A stretch of 64,000 nt of DNA from Octopus sinensis. Taxonomy: Eukaryota. Positions 1 to 11,499 of the stretch are shown here, in pieces (the stretch's first letter is position 1; every line of letters starts with the position of its first letter). The DNA is taken from the NCBI RefSeq assembly GCF_006345805.1, contig NC_043003.1:29946001-30010000 (forward strand), written 5' to 3'. The notes under the pieces were generated by a model. The model made no database searches. It saw only the letters and a program-made list of their open reading frames with translations, and was not told where the DNA came from. The position numbers and the translations under genes are program-made.

Positions 1-1394
1 GTTGTGACGTATTTACCTTCCTTCTGTATTTCACGGAACTTTGCGAAGCCTTCATAATTCTTGTGGAGCAGATATTGGTCGAGAGTAAGAGCAAATTTCT
101 CTTCTGGCCACTTGGCTCTCCATATGCATAGGACCCGGAAAGTACGTAGCCAACGGCAGTTGGCAAATTTCCTTTCTAACTCTATATTGTGATCTCTAAG
201 ACTGTGTAACATATCTCCTTTCCACATGCGATTTGAATCAACGACCCGAATCAGATTAATTAAATATTGATCAGTAAACAGTCTCTCATCATATTGAACG
301 TTACATTTGGTGTGTGCTGTGAGATTTCGTTTCACCGGTAGAAAACAATTTATAAGTCTGTGTGAGAACAATTGTCTCAGCTTTTCCTCCCAGCTTCTTA
401 TCTCCTGGTCCTCTTTAGAATCCATGAGATAGCCCTTTACGGTAGAATATATTTTGATTAATTTAAACAAAGGGTATTCGACGAATTTTGGTGTTTCGGT
501 TGGATATTCAGGAAAACGTTTCTTTTTAGTAGAGCTCTGTTTCTCATCAGAAGTAGAACTCTGTTCATTATCTGGGGAAAGAGTTTCTTGATTTGTCGAT
601 GTTACTTCATTTTTCTTTGGTGAATTTTCATTTATGATCTTATAAGTGTAGTGTTTAGTTGCATGTTCTTCGAATGCTTTCAGTTTTTCCTCATAATCCC
701 TTTTTTTCTTTACTCTTGTAAAGTAGTCATCGATATCATCCAAACAGAGAATGTGTTTATAGCGTTCCAATTTAGTTTTCTGCTTTATAATCTCTTCGAA
801 CAATGCCAAACAATCGCCTTTCCTTTTATTGAACTCCTCTAATAACCATCTCATGAAGTGATCTTCATATTTATCACGAAAAGTACAATCCATAGTGTAT
901 TCGTAAGTTTCTTTCTTTATACGTGCCTTCAAAGTTTTTTGGGCTCCGCGTGGACAGCCAAATATATTGAAAGGCCATGACGACAGCTTTAAAACTTCTC
1001 GTACTCTTCGGTAAAATCTAAAATCAGTTTCATTTGGATTCAAAGCGAGATAATTACAGATAAATTCGTAAATTGCATCATGAAACATCGAATCTGCCTT
1101 TCTATCGTAATCGATATGAAATATCCCAGTAAAACTATTCACTGCCAGTTCAGAAAATCCAAGCGTATATCCTAATCTAAAAGCAACATCACGATCGTTA
1201 ATGCTGTCTGCCCACTTCCGTATATTTTCGTGCGTGAAGAAACCTTTGTATTCTGTGCAATTCATGGCAATAACAACATCTTCCTGTTCCACAGGACTTT
1301 CCCAAAACTTTATTCGGTATTTTTCCGCATCCTCAAGAGTTGGCCCTTTTGCATTCTCATCGTTTGGCCCAGACCACGTCTCTTGTACTTCCAT
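1..1394 (-). CDS. Large single-exon ORF of at least 464 aa, 3'-truncated by the window edge; unknown protein with two putative death-fold-like helical domains
   Basis: Manual translation from ATG at 1394 (MEVQETWSGPNDENAKGPTLEDAEKYRIKFWES...HKNYEGFAKFREIQKEGKYVT) has no stop down to position 1. An upstream in-frame stop lies at 1428-1430, with an acceptor-like TCTCCCTTTAG just upstream. Such a long open frame in AT-rich DNA is very unlikely by chance. The domain call is inference. Confidence 0.85.
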   Translation of the reverse strand, partial: MEVQETWSGPNDENAKGPTLEDAEKYRIKFWESPVEQEDVVIAMNCTEYKGFFTHENIRKWADSINDRDVAFRLGYTLGFSELAVNSFTGIFHIDYDRKADSMFHDAIYEFICNYLALNPNETDFRFYRRVREVLKLSSWPFNIFGCPRGAQKTLKARIKKETYEYTMDCTFRDKYEDHFMRWLLEEFNKRKGDCLALFEEIIKQKTKLERYKHILCLDDIDDYFTRVKKKRDYEEKLKAFEEHATKHYTYKIINENSPKKNEVTSTNQETLSPDNEQSSTSDEKQSSTKKKRFPEYPTETPKFVEYPLFKLIKIYSTVKGYLMDSKEDQEIRSWEEKLRQLFSHRLINCFLPVKRNLTAHTKCNVQYDERLFTDQYLINLIRVVDSNRMWKGDMLHSLRDHNIELERKFANCRWLRTFRVLCIWRAKWPEEKFALTLDQYLLHKNYEGFAKFREIQKEGKYVT

Positions 1395-1904
1395 TTTACT
1401 TAGGATTTTTTTAATAATAAAACTTTTCTAAAGGGAGATAACTCACACGCTTTGGGCGTGGAAACAAAGTTTGACCTGACTTAAAGTGTCGAATTTTCTC
1501 AGAAATGCATAGTTTTTTACGAAATTTTGTCGAGGTAAAAGTTACAATTTTGCTGATGGCATTAAAAATCTGGAGGGGAAAAGGTTTCAGATCATTTTCT
1601 TCCACATGGTCATAACTAAACTACATGGTCATAACTACAGCGCAATTCCCCACCACCAACAGCAAATTTGTTTCCTCATAACTTTCTTAAAAACGTATAT
1701 TTTCTAATGAAATTTTGCCGAGATACATTTTCAAAGATATAGATTATAATTATATTAATGGGGAGTTTCGGAATTATATCCTCCATGCAGGTATAACTAT
1801 GGCGCGATTCCCACTTCCACCACCACCACCATTTTCAAGGATACAAATTATAATCACCTGAAATGGCGGACCTGGCGCACAGTTACCCCGCATATTTTCT
1901 TATA

Positions 1905-2075
1905 TAACATATAAACATGTACATCTTTTAGAAAATTGTCATTTTATAACACTTTGCTGGCAAATTTTTAAATTAACATAAACATTTATTTAAGTGAAAG
2001 AAAATTACCGGAGAACTTTCATCTAGTTTTTCCAAATCTCTCAGTTAATACTGTATTGAAACCATTTGTGGGGAA
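1905..2075 (+). repeat. Interspersed repeat fragment, also present inverted at about 15275-15470
   Basis: Shared text such as attgtcattttataa...ggagaactttcatcta...ctgtattgaaaccatttgtgggg in both copies, in opposite orientation. Confidence 0.7.
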
Positions 2076-2099
2076 AAATTGTGGGTTAACTCGAAAATG

Positions 2100-2485
2100 A
2101 AAATTTAAAAAAATACTGGAATTGGTGTAAAACAATGTGTAGGAAATGAATATGAAAAAAAATCCGCGCAAAGCAACGGGGGGGGGTAGGGAGAGGATTT
2201 CGGAAAATTCACAAGATCCGAGTTTTTCCCTCATAAATTTTAGGAAAATGGGGGTTTTGCAATGAAATTTTATAGAAATATTCAGGAAAATATTCGGAAA
2301 ATTCACAAAATCCGATTTTTTCCTTCATAACTTTTAGGAAAATAGGGTTTTTTCAATGAAGTTTGAAATGGCATACATTACGATTATAAAGTAATTTGTG
2401 GAGAAAATCTTTTCCAAAGGGTGGGGAGATGACTTCGGAAAATTCACAAGATCCAAGTTTTTCTCCATAACTGTATATGTGTGTT

Positions 2486-2524
<39 letters not shown>

Positions 2525-3460
2525 ATACATGTGTATATATATGTATATATATATATGTATATAATATATGTGTATATATATAGATAGAGAGAGAAAGGGA
2601 GAGAGAAAGTAATAATGAGTGAATGAGAATAACGACGAAAGGTTTAAAAAGCGTAAAAATAATTGAAAATGAAATAAAATTGAAGCCAAAACATTAAAAA
2701 TTATTGAAAGAGGGGAGAAATAAACACTACATAGTGTAGTAGTACTACGCTAGGGTATCTGAAAGTTGAATGTGATTTCGGAATATAACGAGAAAAAATT
2801 CGGATCTTGGGAATTTTCCGAAAGTGCTCTCCCCACCTCAAGATTTTCCCCACAAATTACTTTATAGTCATAATGTATGCCGTTTGAAAAGTATTTCTAT
2901 AAAATTTCATTGAAATAAAACCATTTTCCTAAAAGTTATGAGTGAAAAACTCGGATTTTGTGAATTTTCCGAAGTCTTCTCCCCACCCCATGGAAAAAAA
3001 TTTTCCCCACAAATTTTTTTATAATCGTTATGTATGCCGTTTGAAAGGTATTTCTATAAAAGGTGGCGAGCTGGCAGAAACGTTATCACGCCGGGCGAAA
3101 TGCGTAGCCGTATTTCGTCTGTCGTTACATTGTGAGTTCAAATTCCGTCGAGGTCGACTTTGCCTTTCATCCTTTCGGGATCGATAAATTAAGTACCAGT
3201 TACGCACTAAGGTCGATGTAATCATCTTAATCAGTTTGTCCACTCTATGTTTAGCCCCTTGTGGGTAATAAAGAAATAGGTATTTCTATAAAAGTTCACT
3301 GAAAAAACAGCATTTTCCTAAAAGTTATTAGGGAAAAACTCGGATCTTGTGAATTTTCCGAAATCCTCTCCCCACCCTCCTGTTGCTTTAAGCGCGCGCA
3401 TTTTTTTTTTTTTTTTTCATATTCGTTTCCTACACAATATTTTGCAGTCATTCCAATATT
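2100..3460. mobile_element. Old foldback-like DNA element with diverged, internally repeated inverted arms and a microsatellite spacer
   Basis: 2100-2480 is the reverse complement of 2790-3460 (cggaaaattcacaagatccgagtttttccc vs gggaaaaactcggatcttgtgaattttccg). Subunits resemble the arms at 39353-41286. Confidence 0.65.
3063..3277 (+). mobile_element. tRNA-derived SINE, near full length, with a 17-bp TSD
   Basis: tRNA-like head (ggcgagctggcagaa...gagttcaaattcc), central gcctttcatcctttcggg.tcgataaattaagtacc domain and tail aaagaaat. TSD aggtatttctataaaag at 3046-3062 and 3278-3294. Confidence 0.9.
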
Positions 3461-3728
3461 GGGGGGAAGATTTTCATTTCCGGGTCAAGATGTAAACATT
3501 AACCAAATTGTGATGTGTTTATCGCATGTAACGTCTTGTTCATCGCATTTGCATTAAATACATATTGAATGCTTAAAACTACTTGTTTACTCGTTTCTTT
3601 TTGTCATTGAGGAGGTTGTGAGATGTGCTAAAAATAATAAATAATTAACAAATAATAAATAAATTTTATGGAGATGTACTTGCATAGCATGTGACCTGAT
3701 CTTAGATCATGTGCTGAAACAAAAACAT

Positions 3729-3925
3729 TTGCAGCGTGGAAAGTGTTTATAAGCCATTTAAAAACACAAAAACCGTTAGATACACTTCAGCGCACGGAAT
3801 TTTGTCAGTGAACAGGTCACGGTCTCAAAGCGACGAAAATATTTTGACCAATTAAATTTAAATTAAGTGAATCTAACAGTTTTTGTGCATTTTTAAATGG
3901 CTTATAAACACCTTCCACGCTGCAA
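3729..3925. mobile_element. MITE of about 197 bp with ~54-bp TIRs
   Basis: ttgcagcgtggaaagtgtttataagccatttaaaaa...gttagat (3729-3781) is the inverse of atctaacag...tttttaaatggcttataaacaccttccacgctgcaa (3871-3925). No clear TSD. Confidence 0.8.
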
Positions 3926-4764
3926 TAAATAAATAAATAACGTTATTTTGGGGGTAAATATTTTAAGTTCGTGCGGATCTTTTCTTTTTGAAGGCCAAAT
4001 TTTCCTAGTTAACTAAAAAATTTGAAACTTCGTATTCTGGTAGAATGTGTCAAAAGAAAACATTATTGTAAACAAAATTGTAATTTGTAACTTAAACGTA
4101 GTTTAATTTTTACGAATTTTTAAAAAGAAAATATCCGTTCGGGCTGTTGCTTTAAATGCATATTGAATGCTTCAAACTGCAAAACACGTGTTGGTTACAA
4201 ATATTGACAACACGTACTATTTTCAGAATATTGATGACAAAATATGCAGTCACGCACAAAATGACAGCTTCCAAATCCTGTTTCCTGACTGGGTGACAAT
4301 AGTAAAATTTTAAACCTCTGTAACTTTTTAAAAACTCCTGCAATCCTCTCCAGCTGGGCAAGACCAGTAGACCATGGCTTCTGAATCTTTACTCATTATT
4401 TTGACCTGCCTGCTAGAGATGGTAGACAATCGTCTCTACTCACAATATATAAACAGAGAAGCGACAGGCAATCGCTGATCTCGAAACTAGCAAAATAGCT
4501 AGTTTTAAAATCTCTAAACGTGATAGATGTAGTAACAATAAAAGACGGTGAAGTTTTTTTTGCCACTGTAACATGGCTGCTCTATAAAGAACTATGTTAC
4601 ATCATTTTAACCCCGGGAAAACGTCTTCCATGACTACAGAACAAAGAAATAAAGAGAAGGGTTGACACAAAATGTTTAAGGGGATGGGAGTGATAGCAGT
4701 TTCGCTTTTAAAACTTTGGTTATCAAGGAAAATTATTGGTTTTATTATAAATTGTTACGACTTA

Positions 4765-5290
4765 AAGGCGGCAAGCTGGCAGAATCGTTAGAACGCTGGG
4801 CGAAATGCTGAGTTCTGTCCATTTCTATGTTTTGGCCCCGGTGGGCAATAAAGAAATAGGTATTTCGTCTGTCGCTACGTTCAGAATTCAAATTCAACTT
4901 TGCCTTTCATCGATAAATTAAGTACCAGTGAAACACCGGGTCGATGTAATCGACTATTGCCCTCCCCCAAAATTTCAAGGCCTTGTGCCTTCAGTAGAAA
5001 GGATTATTTGATATGACTTAAAGACAGCGAGATAGCAGAATCGTTAGCACGCTTGACGGAATACTAAGCGATATTTCGCCCATCGGTACGTTCTGAGATC
5101 AAATTCCACCAAGGTTGACATCGCCTTTCATCCTTTCGGGATCTATCGCCTTTCATCCTTTCGGGATCTATCGCCTTTCATCCTTTCGGGTGTTTATAAA
5201 TTAATTACCAGTGAAACACTGGGGTCGATGTAATCGACTTACTCCCCTACCCCAAGCTGCCCTTGTGATAAAAGTTTGAAATCATTATAA
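4765..5290 (+). mobile_element. Cluster of SINE copies, with one SINE 3' end nested in another and a triplicated 25-bp central domain
   Basis: SINE heads at about 4766 and 5022. A tail fragment at 4813-4857 interrupts the first copy. atcgcctttcatcctttcgggatct occurs three times at 5120-5190. Confidence 0.8.
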
Positions 5291-6171
5291 TTTGTTACGA
5301 CTTACACAACTTTCTGTGGTCACTATTATTACTACTACTGCTGCTGTCGTTAATATTATTGTTGAGGCTACTATCGCTCCCATCCCCTTAAACAGGTTTA
5401 TGTCAACTATTTCTGTCCTGTGGTCATGGACTGATACATTCTTTGCTTCGCAGTCACTAATTCTTGATTCTGCTGTATTTCTACAATGCCAAAAGTGCTC
5501 CACTGAAAGAAGTAAGGAAGAGAAAATACATGAATTACAAGTCTAATTTAGTTGACCTACTAAGCTCAACAAGCGTTGATAGTAATGACTGACCTATATA
5601 ATAGAAATACAATATATTAAATCCTGGAGCCTATACATCAAGTCAGTTGCAGTAACACTGTATCAATTAAATTTTCTTTGTTTTGCATAATCGTATTAAT
5701 TCCATTATAGAGAAGACAGAATAAAAAAAAAATTGGCGAAAATTCGTAAAAATAAAATAAGTTATGAGGGGTTTTAGCACGCGCTTACATTATAACTCCG
5801 CTTATTTATCTGTGTGTGTGTGTGTTAGTGTGTGAGTGCGTGTGTGTGTGTGCGTTCATGCAAGCAAGCAAGCAGAAAAAGAAATAAAAATGTTTAACGG
5901 AACTAGTGTCGAACTAGTGGTTTTAGTTTTCCGAGATCAAAATCGATGGATTGTGGTTTTATTTTTTTTTTATCATTATCTACCTTTCTTTTGGGATGTA
6001 GGTTTCAAAAATCAAATTCGTTTTCTTGAGGACAACTCCGTTGCAGAGCCTTTCTGGGTTAAACACACGTACATAACAGCATACATGCGCATTAGCACCC
6101 CAAAATTTTCAACCTAAGGTGGTGAATTGTTTATTTTTTTTCTCTTCTTCTCACTCTTATATATATATATA

Positions 6172-7067
6172 TACTCCTGACACCCATCCCACTTAAAAAG
6201 AAACATCCCATATAGTATGGCAAGACGCATATGTAGCATAGTAACTGACTCACAAACACGCCTAATAAGACTAGATGAGCTTAAAAACTCCCTACTAGAA
6301 CAAAAATACCCCCTTAAACTAATAAAAAATGGAATCTCAAGAGCAATGAAACTGGACATCATACAACTCAGGACCCCCAAAACAAAAAACAAAGAAAACA
6401 TTATCCCTTTCATAAACACACACAACCCTGGAGTTACCAACATGTTTCGAATCATACATTCAAACCTACCAATAGTCTTACAAAGCCCCAAAATGGAAAA
6501 CATACTAAACAAATATTGCATAAAAAACAGTAGACGATAAGACAAAAACCTGAAGAAACAACTAACAAGAGCGAAATTCTCATCAGAAACTAAAACTGAA
6601 TTCTTTGTAAAAGAGTGCGGAGATGGAGATGTGGGATCTGCAGTAACCCCACCTATAAATGCATAGAGGGAGACAAAGAAATGAAATTTAAAAGTGGTCA
6701 CATGTTCAAAATAAATGCAGATATGAACTGCAAAATGCAGAACGTAATATACTGCATAACCTGCCCCACATGCAAGGAGGATTACAGAGGTGAAACTGGA
6801 AATTCTTTATGCCAACGAGCTAGAATTCACCAACATGTCCGACAGGAGGAACTCCGCAAGGTACCACTGAGTAAACACCTAGATACAAGTGGAGAAGGAA
6901 AATTTAAGATCTTTCCCTTCTACAAATGTCCAAGGAATGATACTTCCTTCAGGAGGAATATGGAAAAATACTTCATAACTAAGTTCTCCCCCAAACTGAA
7001 TGGCTGAAAATATCTCTATAATAAGCTGTACTAGATGAAGAACCAAATATGTAAAGTAAATTGTATT

Positions 7068-7068
<1 letters not shown>
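6172..7068 (+). mobile_element. 5'-truncated Penelope-like element: C-terminal region and GIY-YIG endonuclease, disabled
   Basis: HPSHLKRNIPYSMARRICSI motif, then Cys-rich linker RCGIC, then NVIYCITCPTCKEDYRGETG...RARIH...EKYFITKFSPKLN. A stop at 6538-6540 and a frameshift near 6620. Flanked by (TA)n and (CA)n. Confidence 0.92.
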
Positions 7069-7103
<35 letters not shown>

Positions 7104-7291
7104 CTACACATATGTACACATACATAAATAAAAACAATCTCTAATCCAGATTCTCCATCCCATGTAAGCACAGAAATCAAACATTGGATTCAAAGAACTG
7201 AATAGTGGTATAAATATCAACACAATTATTTCTTCTTCCTCTTTTTCTTCTTTTTTCCCTTCTCCAACGACACCCCTTCCATATTGACAGG

Positions 7292-7326
<35 letters not shown>

Positions 7327-7624
7327 GCACCTTCACAAAACAATAATAAAAAGAAATCCAGGCAATTCTTTTTTTGAAATGGCCAATTTCTAAAAACCAA
7401 AAATCCTTTACAGTTGCAAAAATATAAACAAAAGTGGCATTCTTGACCATTGCTAAAAGCCAATGACTGGTTACTTTTAACAACTTGACCATTCCTCCTT
7501 AACAACTCCTTTCAGATACACAAACTCACACACAGATACACAAACTCACACACACATGCATGCACATAAACACATACACACACACACTCTCTCACAAGAC
7601 AATGATAAAAAGGAAATACAATTT

Positions 7625-8120
7625 ATGGTCTTCTTTCTCTCCCTTTTCTTCCTTTCCTTCTTTTTCTTTAATACTATTTTCAGATACAAAAACACACACA
7701 CATACATGCACACACGCATGCTCTCTCTCATTTTCTCCCCATTCATCACACTCTTGTACTATCTTATATCCCTCCCCACCACTACACACTCAATAACACT
7801 TTAAAATGGTCACATTTTCCCCCAAGATCTTAGACCCCGCTTGGAGTAAACATTCTGACCAACTCCAAATGAAACCAGCAAAACAATTTTTTTCTTCTTC
7901 CTTCTCTCCCTTTCCTTCTTTTTCTTTAATACTCATTTCAGATACAAAAACACACACACACATGCACACACACACACACCACACACACACACACACACAC
8001 GCGCTCTCTCTCACTTTCTCCCCATTCATCACCCTCTTGTACTATCTTATAGCCCTCCCCACCACTACACACTCAATGACACTATAAAATGGTCAAATTT
8101 TTCCACAAGAACTTAGTTCT
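7625..8120 (+). repeat. Tandem duplication with a period of roughly 290 bp, containing (CA)n tracts
   Basis: ttcagatacaaaaacacac...ctccccattcatcac.ctcttgtactatcttat...ctacacactcaat.acact.taaaatggtca occurs twice. Confidence 0.75.
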
Positions 8121-8230
8121 ATTTGAAAACCCCACTAGAATGGGCGAAAGCGCTAATATATGATATACTAGCTGAAGGTGACCTGCTCTACGCGCGGGTA
8201 AGAGTGTGGTTGTTACTTTCTGTTGCTTCC

Positions 8231-8541
8231 TTTCAGCACGTAAAAAGCACCATCCGAACGTGGCAGATTGCAGCGCCACCTTGACTGGCTTCTGTGCTGG
8301 TGGCACGTAAAAAGCACCAACCGATCGTGGCCGCTGCCAGCCCCCCTGGCACCTGTGCTGGCGGCACGAAAAAAGCACCCACTATGCTCACAGAGTGGTT
8401 GGCGTTAGGAAGGGCATCCACCTGTAGAAACACTGCCAGATCAGACTGGAGCCTGGTGCAGCCTCCTGGCTTCCCAGACCCCGGTCAAACTGTCCAACCT
8501 GGAAAACGGACGTTAAACGATGATGATGATGATGATGATGA
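8231..8541 (+). mobile_element. 3' UTR fragment of an RTE-clade LINE with (GAT)n tail
   Basis: Matches the 3' end of the element at 28455-29690 (gagtggttggcgttaggaagggcatcc...aacggacgttaaacgatgatgat). Confidence 0.88.
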
Positions 8542-9230
8542 TTCTCCCTCTTTGTTTCTCTCTCCTTTCTCTCTCACTTTCCCACTCTCTTACTCTTCCT
8601 TTCTCTCGGACTCTCCCTCGCTTTCTCTTACTCTCTATCTTTATCTATCTCTCTCCCATTTATAAACAACAAAAGATCTTGAGTAAGTTGAGAAATAAAA
8701 TATTTAGAAAGATCAATCATAAATATCAGGCAGTAACAACGGAAAGGTCTGCTTCAAGGCAGACAGCAGAACACTAACATTTAAAAGGGACAGACGAACT
8801 TGCGAGCTGAATAAAAATAATAAAATATTGGAAACCAAAGTTTGAAGGGATAGAATTTGAGGATAGTAGAGTCACCATGGCTGGCATTTCTTAACGACGG
8901 ACAGCAACGTATTGACAGTTCAACGGCTGGCGTAAAATTTTGAACTTGATGTAAAAGAAAATCCCTAAACACCAAGTTTTGAATTGATTCTTTCTCACGA
9001 CAGTAAACTGACGATGGCAAGCATTCAAAACTTCTTCATCATGGACGGCAACACATTGATGATTAAAAGGCTGGCGCAAATTTTTTAGCTTGATGTAACA
9101 GAGAATTCCTAAACACCCGCTCCTTTAAATTTTAATCCCCTTCCAGCCTCATTTAGACCGCTTTTCACATTTTGGTTAATATAACCCGATTTCATTTGGG
9201 TCTACTGGGGCCACATTTTATAAGATGAGG

Positions 9231-9653
9231 ACTCAACCAAGTTTCCTGAGTTCTGGTCATAGACCATAGAACACTCAAGCAAGTTTCCTTAGTTCTGGTC
9301 ATAGACCATAGAACAGTCAAGCAAGTTTCCCGAGTTCTGGTCATAGACCATAGAACACTCAAGCAAGTTTCCCGAGTTCTGGTCATAGACCATAGAACAC
9401 TCAAGCAAGTTTCCCGAGTTCTGGTCATAGACCATAGAACACTCAAGCAAGTTTCCCGAGTTCTGGTCAGAGACCATAGAACGCTCAACCAAGTTTCCGG
9501 AGTTCTGGCCATAGACCATAGAACACTCAAGCAAGTTTCCCGAGTTCTGGTCATAGACCATAGAACAGTCAAGCAAGTTTCCCGAGTTCTGGTCATAGAC
9601 CATAGAACGCTCAACAAAGTTTCCCGAGTTCTGGTCATAGACCATAGAACACT
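9231..9653. repeat. 42-bp minisatellite, about 10 copies
   Basis: Unit aagtttcccgagttctggtcatagaccatagaacactcaagc with 1-4 substitutions per copy. It explains the 14-aa periodic ORFs in the track. Confidence 0.97.
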
Positions 9654-10889
9654 TAGCTAAAATCTAGTTTCTACCTAGTCTGAACCAATCAATCCGCCGC
9701 AGTCTTCATCCACACAGAGCTTACTCAACCATGTTCCAATTCCAGCGACAGACGACCAGACCAGCCAGTCATGTTCCTGCTCCAGCCAATGACGACGCTA
9801 ACATACACCAGCAACGCCACCGATGCCTTCATCTCAATGTCGCCTTTCTCTGCCGTCGCCATCACCATCGTCGTCCTTCACCTTCACGTCGTCTCCATCT
9901 CCGTCGCCTTCATCTCCAGCAACACTAATATGTACATAGCACTCATTCAGGTTAAGCTTTCACGCTGTTATGATTTTCACCAAGGTTAACAGCACAGCAC
10001 TACCTGCGAGATCTTCTGTACCAATGTAACCTGGCACAGCATTGAAGCCACAACCGCTACACGACATGTGTTCAACCGGCATCTGCACTTGTGATCCGAA
10101 CATCCTGTTACAGAACGAACTGCTATTATGTACTTTACTACGAACTGGTAAATTAACTCCATCTTGTCTGAAGTACCCTGAGAGACTTTTCCTATGCGCT
10201 GTATTTTGTTTTGCCCGCATACACCTTGTTTGTACTTCTGTCACACACACGAACACACATAGTTAATACACACACAAATGCTATCTCTGTCACATTCATA
10301 CGCCACACATGCCTTTCTCGCTTGTTTTCCATGCTCAATGTGCCCTTGTAAACGCAACTCATCTCTGTAAGACCCTAGGTCGGTCACGCATACATAGAGA
10401 AAGTTGTTTGTCCCTTACAACGCGCCAGCATGCCACACTTTTGTTCCTGCATGACTGAGGCATATAATAGCTCAAGCACTGGCTGGCAGCCTCAGCCTTA
10501 CTGCATTAATCACTGGCATATTCAATACTGTACACTGTATTTCAGCCTAGCAAGCCCTATTGCACTCATGCACCTCTGTTCTGCACGTGTATTCCCTTGT
10601 TTTGCAACACGTCTGCATCAGCTCAATTCTTCTCCCGACTCAAAGCACGTCGGATGTTCACATGCGCTGCGCTCATGTTTAGGCATAATTTCCCCCTGTT
10701 AGACCCCTGTTGGTCACGCAATTAACAGAGAAAATTATCTGTCTCGCACCCAAGTTGCACCCAAAAAGTGTAAAGAAGCAACCAGTTCCCTTTACGTAAC
10801 TATCAAAAAGTATTAAAAAGTTTAATATACATAAATACAGATATATACACTTTGTATATATACATTATATATACATATTTATATATCGA

Positions 10890-10922
<33 letters not shown>

Positions 10923-11454
10923 AATGAACGCAATGAATATCTGATTCATAATATTTGTTCTCATGATTGTGTGTTGGTCGTGGCGTGTGGCGATGATAAT
11001 TCTTCCTATGAATGCAGACAGATACATCAAAGAACACCGTCTGACGAACCTTACATTAAATAACGGGAGTGGACTTGTCAAAGTTATACATGAAGGGGAG
11101 TTAGGGGGAAATGGAGGAAATAGCGTGAGTGAGGAAGATGGCCCCTAGCAACCACACCTTTTAAGATAGGGATTTATAAGGTAGCCCACGGGCATCGTCA
11201 CCTCATTCTACATGTCCCTGTAAATTTTGGAGCGAATCGGACGGGACGTAGTGGCATTGAAAGCGATCCAAGCTGTAAAAACGCATTTCAGTTTTATATA
11301 TAGAGATTTTATATATAGAGATGATATATGTTATTTGATGTATAAAAAACATGTAATATACAAATAAATATCTGCAAATATAAAACCATCCGAATTTCTG
11401 AGTACCTCATTTCTTCTAATATAAAATACTTGTACATCATCTCCAAACCTTCTA

Positions 11455-11499
<45 letters not shown>

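Larger units (their letters stand above)
8168..11321 (-). mobile_element. Candidate non-autonomous Helitron of about 3.15 kb with cargo
   Basis: On the minus strand: A|TCTCTATATATAAAA 5' end (duplicated, at 11321 or 11306), GC-rich hairpin acccgc-gcgtaga-gcaggt (8199-8181), 9 nt, then CTAG|T at 8171-8167. That both ends belong to one element is inferred. Confidence 0.5.

Noticed and set aside
3063-3150. tRNA genes
   Set aside because: The tRNA-like boxes are SINE heads that continue into SINE body and tail; no full cloverleaf is evident.
9231-9653. CRISPR-like array or repeat-protein gene
   Set aside because: Units are contiguous with no unique spacers and there are no cas genes. The ORFs follow from a stop-free 42-bp unit.
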